A stretch of DNA of 64,000 nt from an uncultured Clostridia bacterium (GCA_937915925.1 CALGGM010000042.1:21791-85790), one strand, 5' to 3'; positions 1 to 8,650 are shown, numbered from the stretch's first letter. The notes: generated from the letters alone by a model not told the origin. Made by a program: numbers and translations.

Positions 1-2
1 AT

Positions 3-1394
3 ATGTCCCACATCGCGCATTACGGGACCTACCGCGAGATCGGCGTCGCGTCGCTGAAGATCGAGGGTCGGCTGAAATCGCCGGAGTACGTTGCCGCCAC
101 CGTCGACGCGGTGCGCCGCGTGCGCGACGGAGAGCCGTATTCCGAACAGGTCCTGCGGGACGTTTTTTCACGCGGCGGCTTTACCGAGGGATATTACACG
201 GGCAAGCGCAACCATACCATGTTCGGCGTGCGCACGCAGGAGGACGCGAAGCGCGCTCAGTCGGTGCTGTCCGGCGTACGGGAGCTCTATCGCGGACCGA
301 GACCCGCGATCCCCGTTTCCATGCATGCCGCGATCAAAGCGGACGTGCCGTCCGTGCTGTCGGTCGACGACGGAACGCACCGCGTCGCCGTGGAAGGCAG
401 CGTTCCGGAAGCCGCGCTGCGCGTTTCGTTAAGCGCCGAAGCGGTCGAAAAGAGCCTGCGCAAGACGGGCGGAACGCCGTTTGCGGTTCAATCTGTCGGT
501 TCGGAGATCGACGACGGGCTGATGCTGCCCGCGTCCGCGCTGAACGCGCTGAGACGTGCGGGGCTCGACGCTCTGTATGATGCACGCGCCGCCGTACAGG
601 AACGCGCGATCCATTCGCCCGATCTTTCCGTTCATGCGGAGCGGCGCAATGCAAAGCCCGCATTGTTCGTTCGCTATGCGTCCGCCGGGCAGGTGACGCC
701 CGATCCTTCGATAGATCGGTACAGCCTGCCGATCGAAGAACTGTATCGGCATCCCGAATACATCAGCGAAAAAGTCGCGGGCGAGATCCCGGTGCTCGTT
801 TATCCGGACGATGAGGAGCGGACGGAAGCGATCCTGCGCGAACTAAAGGCGCAGGGGCTTCGCTATGCGCTTGTGGAAAACATTGGCGCGATCCGGATGG
901 CGAAGGCGGCGGGGCTGATCCCGATCGGCGGAAGCCTTTTAAACGTCACCAACAGCGACGCGATCGAAGCGTATCACGAGATGGGCGTTGAAGCGCTGTT
1001 CATTTCGTTTGAACTGTCCGCGCCGAAAGCGCGCGATCTTAAAAGCCGGCTACCGCTCGGCATGATCGTTGCGGGCAGGCTCCCGCTGATGCAGCTTCGT
1101 TCCTGTCCCGCAAGGACCGACAAGGGCTGCGGCTCGTGCGACGGACGTCCGATGCTGACCGACCGCAAGGACGCGGCGTTCCCGATCGCTTGTCAAAACC
1201 GGCGGTACTCGACGCTTTACAACAGCGTTCCTCTGTACATCGCCGATAAGCCGCTGCCGCCGCTGGATCTTTACGGCGTGTATCTGACCGTGGAAACAAA
1301 GGCGGAAGCGCTTGATCTGATCCGATCCGTAAAGGCGAGCGAACCGCCGAAATCGCCGCACACGACGGGCGCGGCGTTCCGAAAGCTCTTATAA
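3..1394 (+). CDS. Peptidase U32 family protein, 5' end cut by window edge
   Basis: The ORF is open to the window start. The block LKIEGRLKSPEYVAATV is typical of U32 (collagenase-like) family proteins. There is a C-terminal Cys cluster, CPARTDKGCGSCDG. Confidence 0.8.
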   Translation: MSHIAHYGTYREIGVASLKIEGRLKSPEYVAATVDAVRRVRDGEPYSEQVLRDVFSRGGFTEGYYTGKRNHTMFGVRTQEDAKRAQSVLSGVRELYRGPRPAIPVSMHAAIKADVPSVLSVDDGTHRVAVEGSVPEAALRVSLSAEAVEKSLRKTGGTPFAVQSVGSEIDDGLMLPASALNALRRAGLDALYDARAAVQERAIHSPDLSVHAERRNAKPALFVRYASAGQVTPDPSIDRYSLPIEELYRHPEYISEKVAGEIPVLVYPDDEERTEAILRELKAQGLRYALVENIGAIRMAKAAGLIPIGGSLLNVTNSDAIEAYHEMGVEALFISFELSAPKARDLKSRLPLGMIVAGRLPLMQLRSCPARTDKGCGSCDGRPMLTDRKDAAFPIACQNRRYSTLYNSVPLYIADKPLPPLDLYGVYLTVETKAEALDLIRSVKASEPPKSPHTTGAAFRKLL

Positions 1395-1410
1395 TCGCAT
1401 ACGATCCTTA

Positions 1411-1443
1411 CGCCGTTCGACGGACTTCGTCGGACGGCGTTTT
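1411..1443 (+). terminator. Rho-independent terminator after the U32 gene
   Basis: Hairpin cgccgttcgac / gtcggacggcg (11 bp, one G-U pair, 7-nt loop) followed by TTTT. Confidence 0.7.
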
Positions 1444-1471
1444 CATATCCCGCTGCATCCATGCATACAGT
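1443..1471 (+). promoter_or_regulatory. Sigma-E-type (mother-cell) promoter of the spoIIIA operon
   Basis: TCATATC, a 14-nt spacer, then CATACAGT. As I recall it, the B. subtilis sigma-E consensus is -35 kmATAww, ~14-nt spacer, -10 CATACAmT. It lies ~20 nt upstream of the spoIIIAA ATG. spoIIIA is sigma-E dependent in B. subtilis. Confidence 0.7.
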
Positions 1472-1491
1472 TGAAAACGGGAGGGACGAGC

Positions 1492-2415
1492 ATGGAGCAC
1501 TGGAAAAAGCAATGGACGGCGCTGATGCCGAAAAACGTCGCGGAGGTGCTGAACGGACTTTCCGACGACGCGCCGCTACTTGAGATCCGGCTTCGGCGCG
1601 ACGAACCGCTGGAGCTCGTGTTCGACGGAAGCGACCGCATCGTGTTCGGGAACAACGGCGCGCCGATGGTGACGGAGGAGGACCTGAAAAGCCTGACGTC
1701 CCGGCTTTCGGCATATTCGGCGTACGCGTGGGATCACGAACGTAGAAACGGATTTATCACCGTCGGCGGCTGCCGCGTCGGGCTTTCGGGACGGATGGTC
1801 CGCGCGGACGGAAACGTGCTCGGCTTTTCCACGGTCGCGGGCGTATGCATCCGCATCGTGCGGGAGGTCCGCGACTGCGCAAGACCGCTGCTTCCGCGGC
1901 TGTCGGATGGCGGAAGGCTTCTGTCAACGCTGCTCGTTTCGCCGCCGGGCTTCGGGAAAACGACGGTTCTGCGCGATCTGATCCGGATCGCGGCGGACGG
2001 GCTGCACGGCATCGACGCGTCGCGCGTAGGCGTTGCGGATGAGCGGTTCGAGCTGTCCGGCGACGCTTCGGGACAAAAGGCGTTCGATCTCGGTATGCGC
2101 ACCGACGTGATCTCCGGCGTCTCAAAGTCCGACGCGGCGGTGCGGATCGTGTCCACACTGTCGCCGCAGATCCTTGCGATGGATGAGCTGAACGACGCGC
2201 GGGACGCGGAGGCGATCACGGATGCGCGGGGAAAGGGCGTGACGGTGCTTGCCACCGCGCACGGCGCGTCGACGGAGGATCTTCGCCTGCGCCCGGCGAT
2301 CCGCACGCTTCTCTCGGAGCATGTGTTCCAAAGGATCGCGATCCTTCGCGGGATCGGAACGGGCGCGGACGTTTTCGATGCGGACGGCGAGCGCGTGGGC
2401 GGAGTGGACGCGTGA
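1492..2415 (+). CDS. spoIIIAA: Stage III sporulation protein AA (ATPase)
   Basis: Walker A motif SPPGFGKTT. It is the first gene of an 8-gene spoIIIA-ordered operon. I chose the ATG at 1492 (RBS GGGAGGGA) because the TTG at 1471 lies inside the predicted -10 box. Confidence 0.9.
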   Translation: MEHWKKQWTALMPKNVAEVLNGLSDDAPLLEIRLRRDEPLELVFDGSDRIVFGNNGAPMVTEEDLKSLTSRLSAYSAYAWDHERRNGFITVGGCRVGLSGRMVRADGNVLGFSTVAGVCIRIVREVRDCARPLLPRLSDGGRLLSTLLVSPPGFGKTTVLRDLIRIAADGLHGIDASRVGVADERFELSGDASGQKAFDLGMRTDVISGVSKSDAAVRIVSTLSPQILAMDELNDARDAEAITDARGKGVTVLATAHGASTEDLRLRPAIRTLLSEHVFQRIAILRGIGTGADVFDADGERVGGVDA

Positions 2416-2891
2416 GAGAGCTCGGGCTTGCCATGCTGTTCGGGCTGTGCTGCGCGGTCGGGATGCGGCTCGGCGCGCAGAAGACGGCAAGGCTCAAAAC
2501 CGTCCGTTCGCTGATCGACGGGCTTCGGCTGTTTCGCGAGCGCATCGGCGCGGGACAGGAGCGACTTTCCAAAATCGCGGCGGAGGACGGCGTACTGTTT
2601 GACTGCCTTCGAAGTTATCTCGACGCCTTGGAACGCGGACGGTCGGAGGCGGACGCCGCAAACGAAGCGATCGAATCGCTGAAAAGCAACAGCGCGGAGG
2701 CGACCGGCGTGCGCGCGTTTTTTTACGGGCTGTCCGAAACGTCGCGAAACGATCTTTTGCTCCGCGTTCAGGCGCTCGAATCGGCATTGGAACGGGCGGC
2801 GGAGGAGGCGGAGAGCGGCGCAAAGCAGGCGCGGGTGCTGCGGCTTTCCGGCGCGCTGGTCGGCGCGGGGTTGACGATTCTGTTACTGTAG
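2412..2891 (+). CDS. spoIIIAB: Stage III sporulation protein AB
   Basis: GTGA start/stop overlap with spoIIIAA. The N-terminal TM segment, size (~159 aa) and operon position fit SpoIIIAB. Confidence 0.8.
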   Translation: MRELGLAMLFGLCCAVGMRLGAQKTARLKTVRSLIDGLRLFRERIGAGQERLSKIAAEDGVLFDCLRSYLDALERGRSEADAANEAIESLKSNSAEATGVRAFFYGLSETSRNDLLLRVQALESALERAAEEAESGAKQARVLRLSGALVGAGLTILLL

Positions 2892-2898
2892 GTGGGAT

Positions 2899-3096
2899 AT
2901 GGACATCAATCTGCTATTCAAGATCGCGGGGATCGGCATTCTGGTTGCCGTGATCGTACAGCTGCTTCGTCAGAACGGACGGGAGGAGCTTGCGACCGTC
3001 GCGGCGATCGCGGGGCTGGTCCTTGCGACGATGCTTGTGCTCTCCATGATCGCGTCGCTCCTTGAGACGGTGCAGCGGACCTTCTCCCTGTACTGA
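2899..3096 (+). CDS. spoIIIAC: Stage III sporulation protein AC
   Basis: 65-aa two-TM protein, MDINLLFKIAGIGILVAVIVQLLRQNGREE..., typical of SpoIIIAC. Confidence 0.9.
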   Translation: MDINLLFKIAGIGILVAVIVQLLRQNGREELATVAAIAGLVLATMLVLSMIASLLETVQRTFSLY

Positions 3097-3097
3097 G

Positions 3098-3490
3098 ATG
3101 GGCAGGCTGTTTTTGATTGCGCTGATCGGTTCCGCCGCGGCGATCGAGCTGCGGGCGGTCCGGCAGGAATACGCGATCCTGATCGGAAGCGCGACGGCGG
3201 CGATCCTGCTCGTCGAGATTGTCTTCCATCTCACGGGACTGTCCGAAGCGTTCCGGAGGATGCTGGACGAATACGGCGTTTCCTCGGAAGCGTTCGGCGT
3301 GGTCCTGAAGATCCTCGGGATCGCGTATCTTACGGATCTAGGCGTGAACATCGCAAGGGACGCGGGACAGCAGGCGATCGCAGGCGCGCTGGAAACCGGA
3401 GGCAGGGTGCTGATTCTGTCGTGCGCGCTGCCTGCCGCGATCACGCTGCTGGAGACCGGCGTGTCGCTGATCCGGGGGACGGCGCAATGA
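3098..3490 (+). CDS. spoIIIAD: Stage III sporulation protein AD
   Basis: The ATG lies 1 nt after the spoIIIAC stop. It is a ~130-aa polytopic membrane protein with SpoIIIAC/AD-family similarity (LKILGIAYLTDLGVNIARDAG). Confidence 0.88.
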   Translation: MGRLFLIALIGSAAAIELRAVRQEYAILIGSATAAILLVEIVFHLTGLSEAFRRMLDEYGVSSEAFGVVLKILGIAYLTDLGVNIARDAGQQAIAGALETGGRVLILSCALPAAITLLETGVSLIRGTAQ

Positions 3491-4596
3491 AGCGGCTTGC
3501 ATTGTTTACGGTGATGCTGCTGACGCCGCTGCTGCTCTTTTCGGACTCGGACGAGGCGAGGGATGGGATCGACGCGCTGATCGGCACGGTCGATCTTTCG
3601 GAATGGGACGAATGGCTTTGCGAAACGGATTCCTATGACGGGATGCTGCCTTCGGAGTGGCTTCGGACGCTGTCGGGACTGAACGGGCTTCCGGCGGAGA
3701 CGGTCACGCTCGGCGCGATCGGGGAGAAGCTCTTACCGACGGCAAAGAGCGCGGCGGGCAAAATGGCGCTTCTGATGGGACTTGCCGTGCTCGGCGCTGC
3801 GGTGCAGGGCGTTTCGACCGCCTCCTCGATCGGGGAGGCGGCGCGGACGGCGTTTCGTATCACGGCATCCGGAATCGTGCTCGTGCTCGTGCTTCGCGAG
3901 ATCCGCACGGCGACCGATGCGATCGCGTCGATCGAACGCAGTGCGGAGGTGATCATGCCCGTGCTGACCGGATTTCTGATGCTCGGCGGGTTCGAGAACA
4001 CGGCGGGACTGCTTCCGATTTCGCAGGCGCTGCTATCCGACGTTGTGCTTCGTGTGATTGGCGACGTCGCGGTGCCTGCGTCGGTGCTCGGCGGAGTGCT
4101 GCTGACGCTGGACACGGACGGCACGGGGCGGCTCTGCGCGATCGGAAGGCTTTTACAGCGCGCGGGAAAATGGACGCTCGGCGCAGTGTGCTCCCTGTTT
4201 ATGCTGATCACGTCGATCCGCTCCGTCGCGGCGGTAAGCGCGGACGGATTGCTGCTGAAAACGACGCGGCTTGCGGCGGGCAGCATTCCGGCGGTCGGAC
4301 AGCTGTTGTCGGAATCGGTCGATACGGCGCTGCAATGCCTGAAGCTCGTCAAAAACGCGCTCGGTCTGACCGGATGCATCGTGATCCTGTCGGTCGCGGC
4401 AAGACCGATCGTCTCGGTCGCGGTGTGCAGAGCGGCGGTCCGCGCGTCGTCGCTGCTGTCCGAGCCGCTTGCGGGAAAGCCCTATGCGGACCTCTTACGC
4501 GGCATGGGAGACACGCTGCAGCTTCTGCTGCTTTCGGAACTTGCGTCGGCGGCGATGCTGCTGTTTCTGATCGCGCCCGCGCTGCTCCCGTCGTGA
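3487..4596 (+). CDS. spoIIIAE: Stage III sporulation protein AE
   Basis: ATGA overlap with spoIIIAD. It has a signal-like N-terminus, a soluble segment and then multiple TM helices. Size and position match SpoIIIAE. Confidence 0.88.
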   Translation: MKRLALFTVMLLTPLLLFSDSDEARDGIDALIGTVDLSEWDEWLCETDSYDGMLPSEWLRTLSGLNGLPAETVTLGAIGEKLLPTAKSAAGKMALLMGLAVLGAAVQGVSTASSIGEAARTAFRITASGIVLVLVLREIRTATDAIASIERSAEVIMPVLTGFLMLGGFENTAGLLPISQALLSDVVLRVIGDVAVPASVLGGVLLTLDTDGTGRLCAIGRLLQRAGKWTLGAVCSLFMLITSIRSVAAVSADGLLLKTTRLAAGSIPAVGQLLSESVDTALQCLKLVKNALGLTGCIVILSVAARPIVSVAVCRAAVRASSLLSEPLAGKPYADLLRGMGDTLQLLLLSELASAAMLLFLIAPALLPS

Positions 4597-4601
4597 CGCC
4601 T

Positions 4602-4769
4602 ATGGAACGGCTGATCCGCGCCTGCGTACTGCTCGGCGCTTACGGTCTGATCCTTGCAATGACGGAGTTTCTGCTGCCGGAGGCGGGCGTGAAACGAACG
4701 GCGAGGGCGGCGGTCGGACTGCTGTTTCTGAAACTGCTCGCCGAAGAGATGCTCGGCATATTCCGCTGA
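4602..4769 (+). CDS. spoIIIAF: Stage III sporulation protein AF, unusually short (two-TM N-terminal module only)
   Basis: The 55-aa product LIRACVLLGAYGLILAMTEFLLPEAGVKRTARAAVGLLFLKLL aligns by eye to the N-terminal TM hairpin of B. subtilis SpoIIIAF (..IVIDMLLPSSSMQKYAKMVVSLLLIVV..). Its position between AE and AG also fits. It stops 14 nt before spoIIIAG. Confidence 0.65.
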   Translation: MERLIRACVLLGAYGLILAMTEFLLPEAGVKRTARAAVGLLFLKLLAEEMLGIFR

Positions 4770-4782
4770 AGGGAGGACTATA

Positions 4783-5379
4783 ATGCAAAAGAAGGACGGC
4801 GGCGCGGTCGCGGCATGGTGGAAGGCGCGCGTCAAAAAGAACCCCGGACTTGCGTACGGCATTTATGCGGCGATCGGTCTTGCCGCCGTTCTCTTCTACC
4901 TCCTCGGCAGCGGCGTTCAATGCCGGACGAATGCGGCGGAGGCGCCGAAGGAAAGCGCTTCCGAAGCGAGACAGGCGGGGGAGCGCGACGCGCTTGAGCA
5001 AAGGCTGATCGAGGTGCTGTCAAAGATCCGCGGAGCGGGCAGGGTGGATGTGCTGGTGACGTACGAGACGAACGGGGAGATCGTCACGGCTACCGTACGG
5101 CAGACCGATGAGGACGTGCGGGATGCAAGCGGAACGGCAGGAAACGAGACCTCGCGATCCATGCGCGAGGTCACCGAGCCCGCGACGGTGGAGACCGACA
5201 GCGGACATGTACCGATCGTGCTGTACGAAAAGGAGCCGGTCGTGCGGGGCGTGATCGTGGTGGCGGAGGGCGCGTCGGATTTTTCGGTCCGGCAGAAGCT
5301 CCAGTCCGCCGTGCATGCGGCGACCGGCATTCCGATCGAGCGGATCGAAGTGTTTGAAATGTCTTATGACGGATCATAA
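4783..5379 (+). CDS. spoIIIAG: Stage III sporulation protein AG
   Basis: RBS GGGAGG. N-terminal TM segment. The C-terminal block VRGVIVVAEGASDFSVRQKLQSAVHAATGIPIERIEVFEM is typical of SpoIIIAG. Confidence 0.9.
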   Translation: MQKKDGGAVAAWWKARVKKNPGLAYGIYAAIGLAAVLFYLLGSGVQCRTNAAEAPKESASEARQAGERDALEQRLIEVLSKIRGAGRVDVLVTYETNGEIVTATVRQTDEDVRDASGTAGNETSRSMREVTEPATVETDSGHVPIVLYEKEPVVRGVIVVAEGASDFSVRQKLQSAVHAATGIPIERIEVFEMSYDGS

Positions 5380-5402
5380 ATACATCATGCAGGAGGGATC
5401 AT

Positions 5403-5942
5403 ATGAAAGAACTGATTCGACGCTACGGAAAATGGCTGAACAAACGCGTGCTGACGGCTGTCGGGCTTTGCCTGCTGCTCGCCGCGGCGGTGCTCACGAA
5501 CATTCTGGTCAACAAGGGAAAGACGGACACGGCGGAGACCGGCGCGAACAGGACGGAATCGGTCACGCAGGTATCCGCGCAGAGCGGTTCTATGGACGCA
5601 AACTTCTTCGCGTCGTATCGTGAGGAGCGGGACAACGTTCGCACGCAGGAGCTTGCGTATCTCGACGCGATCGTTTCGCAGGGCGCGGACGCGGAGACGC
5701 TGTCCGATGCGCAGCAGCAGAAGCTGGAACTGGTGAACGCGATGGAAACGGAGCTGACGGTCGAAAACCTCGTCCGCGCAAAGGGCTTCGACGACGTGAT
5801 CGTTTCGATCCACAAGGGAAACATCAACGTCGTGGTCGGTGCGGACGCGCTGAACGACGAGCAGGTCGCGCAGATTTTGGACATCGTACTGCGCGAGACG
5901 GGAAAGAGCGCGGAGAACGTCAAGATCAGCACGACGCTGTAA
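5403..5942 (+). CDS. spoIIIAH: Stage III sporulation protein AH
   Basis: N-terminal TM segment, FFASYREERDNVRTQE block and a C-terminal YscJ/FliF-like domain. It is the last gene of the operon. Confidence 0.88.
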   Translation: MKELIRRYGKWLNKRVLTAVGLCLLLAAAVLTNILVNKGKTDTAETGANRTESVTQVSAQSGSMDANFFASYREERDNVRTQELAYLDAIVSQGADAETLSDAQQQKLELVNAMETELTVENLVRAKGFDDVIVSIHKGNINVVVGADALNDEQVAQILDIVLRETGKSAENVKISTTL

Positions 5943-5963
5943 GCGCGAAATCTCTTTCATGGG

Positions 5964-5992
5964 TTTACTTTTTGGAAAATTGATGGTATACT
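5964..5992 (+). promoter_or_regulatory. Sigma-A-type promoter for the asp23 operon
   Basis: TTTACT, a 17-nt spacer, then TATACT with an upstream TGg (extended -10). Confidence 0.6.
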
Positions 5993-6035
5993 GTCTCTAT
6001 ATATCGGGGATCCGAAAAAACACGGGAGGTGCTTT

Positions 6036-6449
6036 ATGAGCGAATATAAGGATATTACCATCGAATCCGAAGAGAACGGCGGAAAAGTAGTTTTCGCAGA
6101 AGACGTCGTCGCAACGATCGCAACGCTGGCTGCCGCGGAGGTGGAAGGCGTATACGGAATGAGCGGTTCCGCGTTTGAAGGGATCGGCGAAAAGCTCGGC
6201 AAAAAGAATTATACCAAGGGCATCAAGGTCGAGGTCGGCTCCGTCGAGTGCGCGGTCGACATGAACATCATCGTGCGTTACGGCTTCCGCATTCAGGAGG
6301 TCTGCCACAACGTGCAGGAGTCCGTCAAGAACGCTATCGAGACGATGACGGGTCTCAAGGTCGTTCAGGTCAATATCGTCGTCAGCTCGATCGTTTTCGC
6401 AAAGGAAACGCCGGTCGAGCCGCCGAAGCCCGAAAACCGCGTCAAGTGA
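6036..6449 (+). CDS. Asp23/Gls24 family alkaline-shock/envelope stress protein
   Basis: VVFAEDVVATIATLAAAEVEGVYGM and the VVSSI..-type C-terminus are typical of Asp23. RBS GGGAGG. Confidence 0.9.
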   Translation: MSEYKDITIESEENGGKVVFAEDVVATIATLAAAEVEGVYGMSGSAFEGIGEKLGKKNYTKGIKVEVGSVECAVDMNIIVRYGFRIQEVCHNVQESVKNAIETMTGLKVVQVNIVVSSIVFAKETPVEPPKPENRVK

Positions 6450-6513
6450 TCCGTTGCCGAAGCATCAGCTTCGGTAACGCAAAGCGGACAAGCAGAGAAC
6501 AAAGGAGCATTTC

Positions 6514-7059
6514 ATGAAGCGAACAGTCGGGATCCTTTCCGGGATTCTTGCGTTTTTCGCGCTGGTATTCGGCGCCGTTCTGATCCTGATCGTGATCGGA
6601 TGGCCGATCTCCGAGGCGCAGCTTGCGGCATTGGCGGCGCAGACGCACCGCATGCCCGGCGCGTTGATCCTTCTTCTTGTCGCCTTTGTGTGTATCGCGA
6701 TCGGCATTGTGGTATTGTACGGTATGATAGGACGGCATCTGAATCGCAGAACGACGGCGCTGCTGGAAAAGAACGCGCTCGGCGAGACCGCCGTTTCGTT
6801 CTCCGCGCTGAAGGAGATCGCGGAGCGCACGGTGAAATCGCGCTGCGACGTCGGGTCCTGCAAAACGAAGGTGCATGCGCTCGGCAACAGCGTGCGCATC
6901 GATGTGCGCGTCGTGACGGCTCCGACGGTTTCCCTTCTGGAGCTGACGCATACGCTGCAGGACATGATCCGCGACGCGATCCTGACGCTTTGCGGAACGG
7001 AGGTCGCAGTTGTCGACGTGACCGTCGACCAGACGGAAGCGCCGTCGAAAAGAGCTTAA
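6514..7059 (+). CDS. amaP: Alkaline shock response membrane anchor protein AmaP
   Basis: Two N-terminal TM helices plus a soluble C-terminal domain. The gene is adjacent to asp23 and a DUF2273 gene, which is the classic asp23 operon composition. Confidence 0.75.
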   Translation: MKRTVGILSGILAFFALVFGAVLILIVIGWPISEAQLAALAAQTHRMPGALILLLVAFVCIAIGIVVLYGMIGRHLNRRTTALLEKNALGETAVSFSALKEIAERTVKSRCDVGSCKTKVHALGNSVRIDVRVVTAPTVSLLELTHTLQDMIRDAILTLCGTEVAVVDVTVDQTEAPSKRA

Positions 7060-7086
7060 CCGAACGGAACGGAGGTTGGAGGTTCC

Positions 7087-7299
7087 ATGAAAGAGTTTTT
7101 CCAGAATCATAAGTGGGCGGTCATGCTCAGCATCCTTGCCCTGATCATCGTGCTGCTGATCTATTTGATCGGCTGGTGGACGCTGCTTGCCGCCGTTTTT
7201 GTGGCGATCGCGATCTTCTTCGGACGCCTGATCGATCGCGGCGGTCTCGAAGCCGTCAAGGATTTCTTCCGCAGCCTGTTCAGGGGGAAGCGCGCATGA
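7087..7299 (+). CDS. DUF2273 small membrane protein
   Basis: 70-aa two-TM protein in the Asp23/AmaP operon context. Confidence 0.75.
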   Translation: MKEFFQNHKWAVMLSILALIIVLLIYLIGWWTLLAAVFVAIAIFFGRLIDRGGLEAVKDFFRSLFRGKRA

Positions 7300-7694
7300 G
7301 CCATACGCTGTCAAGAGAAATCGCGATGAAGCGGCTCTATGCCGAGACGGTCGGCGGCGTCGACACCGTGGAGGACGCGCTCGAGCAGTCCGAGCACGCG
7401 GCGCTGTCGGACGAGGACGCGCTCTTTTCCGATCACCTGTATGAGGGCGTTTCGGCGCATCTGTCCGAGATCGACGCAGAGATCGAGTCGCACGCAAAGG
7501 ACTGGTCGATCGGGAGGATCGCGAAGGTCGATCTTTCGATCCTGCGCGTCGCCGTCTACGAGCTTCTTTACGAACGCAATATTCCGGTCGGCGCGACCGT
7601 GAACGAGGCGGTCGAGCTTGCAAAGGTCTTCGGCGGAGAAAAGTCCGCGGGCTTTATCAACGGCGTCCTCGGCGCCGTAGCAAAGGTGCATTGA
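7296..7694 (+). CDS. nusB: Transcription antitermination factor NusB
   Basis: ATGA overlap with the upstream gene. Blocks IGRIAKVDLSILRVAVYELLY and VNEAVELAKVFGGEKSAGFINGVL are typical of NusB. Confidence 0.92.
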   Translation: MSHTLSREIAMKRLYAETVGGVDTVEDALEQSEHAALSDEDALFSDHLYEGVSAHLSEIDAEIESHAKDWSIGRIAKVDLSILRVAVYELLYERNIPVGATVNEAVELAKVFGGEKSAGFINGVLGAVAKVH

Positions 7695-7696
7695 GC

Positions 7697-8650
7697 ATGC
7701 GGGATACGCTGAGTCTCGGGATCGACACGAGCTGTTATACAACGTCGGTCGCCTGTACGGATGGAAAGAGCATCGTCTTCCGAAAAGGGACGATGCTTTC
7801 CGTAGCTTTTGGAGATCGCGGGCTTCGTCAATCCGAGGGACTGTTTCAGCATGTGAAGCAGCTTTCGCCGCTTTTGATGGAACTCCTTTCGACCGTGGAC
7901 AAAAGGCGGATCGCCTGCGTTGCGGTCAGCGCTTCGCCGACGGCAAAGGAGAACAGCTATATGCCTGTATTCCTTGCGGGTCTGCATCAGGCGGAAACGC
8001 TTGCCGCCGCGCTTGGCGTACCGCTGATCAGGACGGATCATCAGAGCGGACACATCCGCGCCGCGCTGTACGGAAACGAATCGCTGTTGGATCGCGAGCG
8101 CTTTTTCGCCGTGCATATCTCCGGCGGCACGACCGACCTGCTTCTGGTCGAGCCGAAAAAGGATGCGGCGTACCGGATCGAAACGGTCGGCACGTCGACG
8201 GACCTGCACGCGGGGCAGTTTGTCGATCGCGTGGGCGTGGCGCTGTCGCTGCCGTTTCCCGCGGGGAAGCACCTCGAAGCGCTTGCGGCGGAAGCGGTTG
8301 CTAAGGATGTGAAGCTTTCGAGCGCGGTGAAGGGCATGAACTGCTCGTTTTCCGGCGCGGAATCCGCGGCGCAGCGGCTGCTGCATACCGTTCCGGACGC
8401 GGAGCTTGCGTACGGCGTGTACGATTGTCTCGCGCGGACGCTGTCCAAAATGTTTACAAACGCCGTTGATGCGTACGGCGAGCTGCCGTTTCTCGTGTGC
8501 GGCGGCGTCGCGTCGTCAACGCTTTTACGAACGCTGCTTAAAAAGCGGTTTCACGGACGCCTGTATTTCGGAAGACCGGAGCTTTCGAGCGACAATGCGG
8601 TGGGCGTCGCGCTTCTTGGCGCAGATCGGAGCGAAGCATGGATGAATTGA
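7697..8650 (+). CDS. Divergent Kae1/TsaD (peptidase M22, ASKHA fold) family protein
   Basis: LGIDTSCYTTSVA (like the TsaD GIETSCDET block), an HQSGH (HxxxH) motif and a C-terminal GGVASS block. The start could be the TTG at 7691 or the ATG at 7697. Confidence 0.7.
   Translation: MRDTLSLGIDTSCYTTSVACTDGKSIVFRKGTMLSVAFGDRGLRQSEGLFQHVKQLSPLLMELLSTVDKRRIACVAVSASPTAKENSYMPVFLAGLHQAETLAAALGVPLIRTDHQSGHIRAALYGNESLLDRERFFAVHISGGTTDLLLVEPKKDAAYRIETVGTSTDLHAGQFVDRVGVALSLPFPAGKHLEALAAEAVAKDVKLSSAVKGMNCSFSGAESAAQRLLHTVPDAELAYGVYDCLARTLSKMFTNAVDAYGELPFLVCGGVASSTLLRTLLKKRFHGRLYFGRPELSSDNAVGVALLGADRSEAWMN

Noticed and set aside
3657-4769. 370-aa plus-strand ORF overlapping spoIIIAE in another frame.
   Set aside because: Only its last 55 codons (from the ATG at 4602) look like a real protein, namely SpoIIIAF. 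The rest is an Arg/Gly-rich out-of-frame read-through of spoIIIAE.
4736-4790. Sigma-E-like internal promoter before spoIIIAG (GCATATT-N14-ACTATAAT), analogous to the B. subtilis internal spoIIIA promoter.
   Set aside because: The putative -10 overlaps the spoIIIAG start codon, so transcripts would start inside the gene. The -10 matches the consensus in only 5 of 8 positions.
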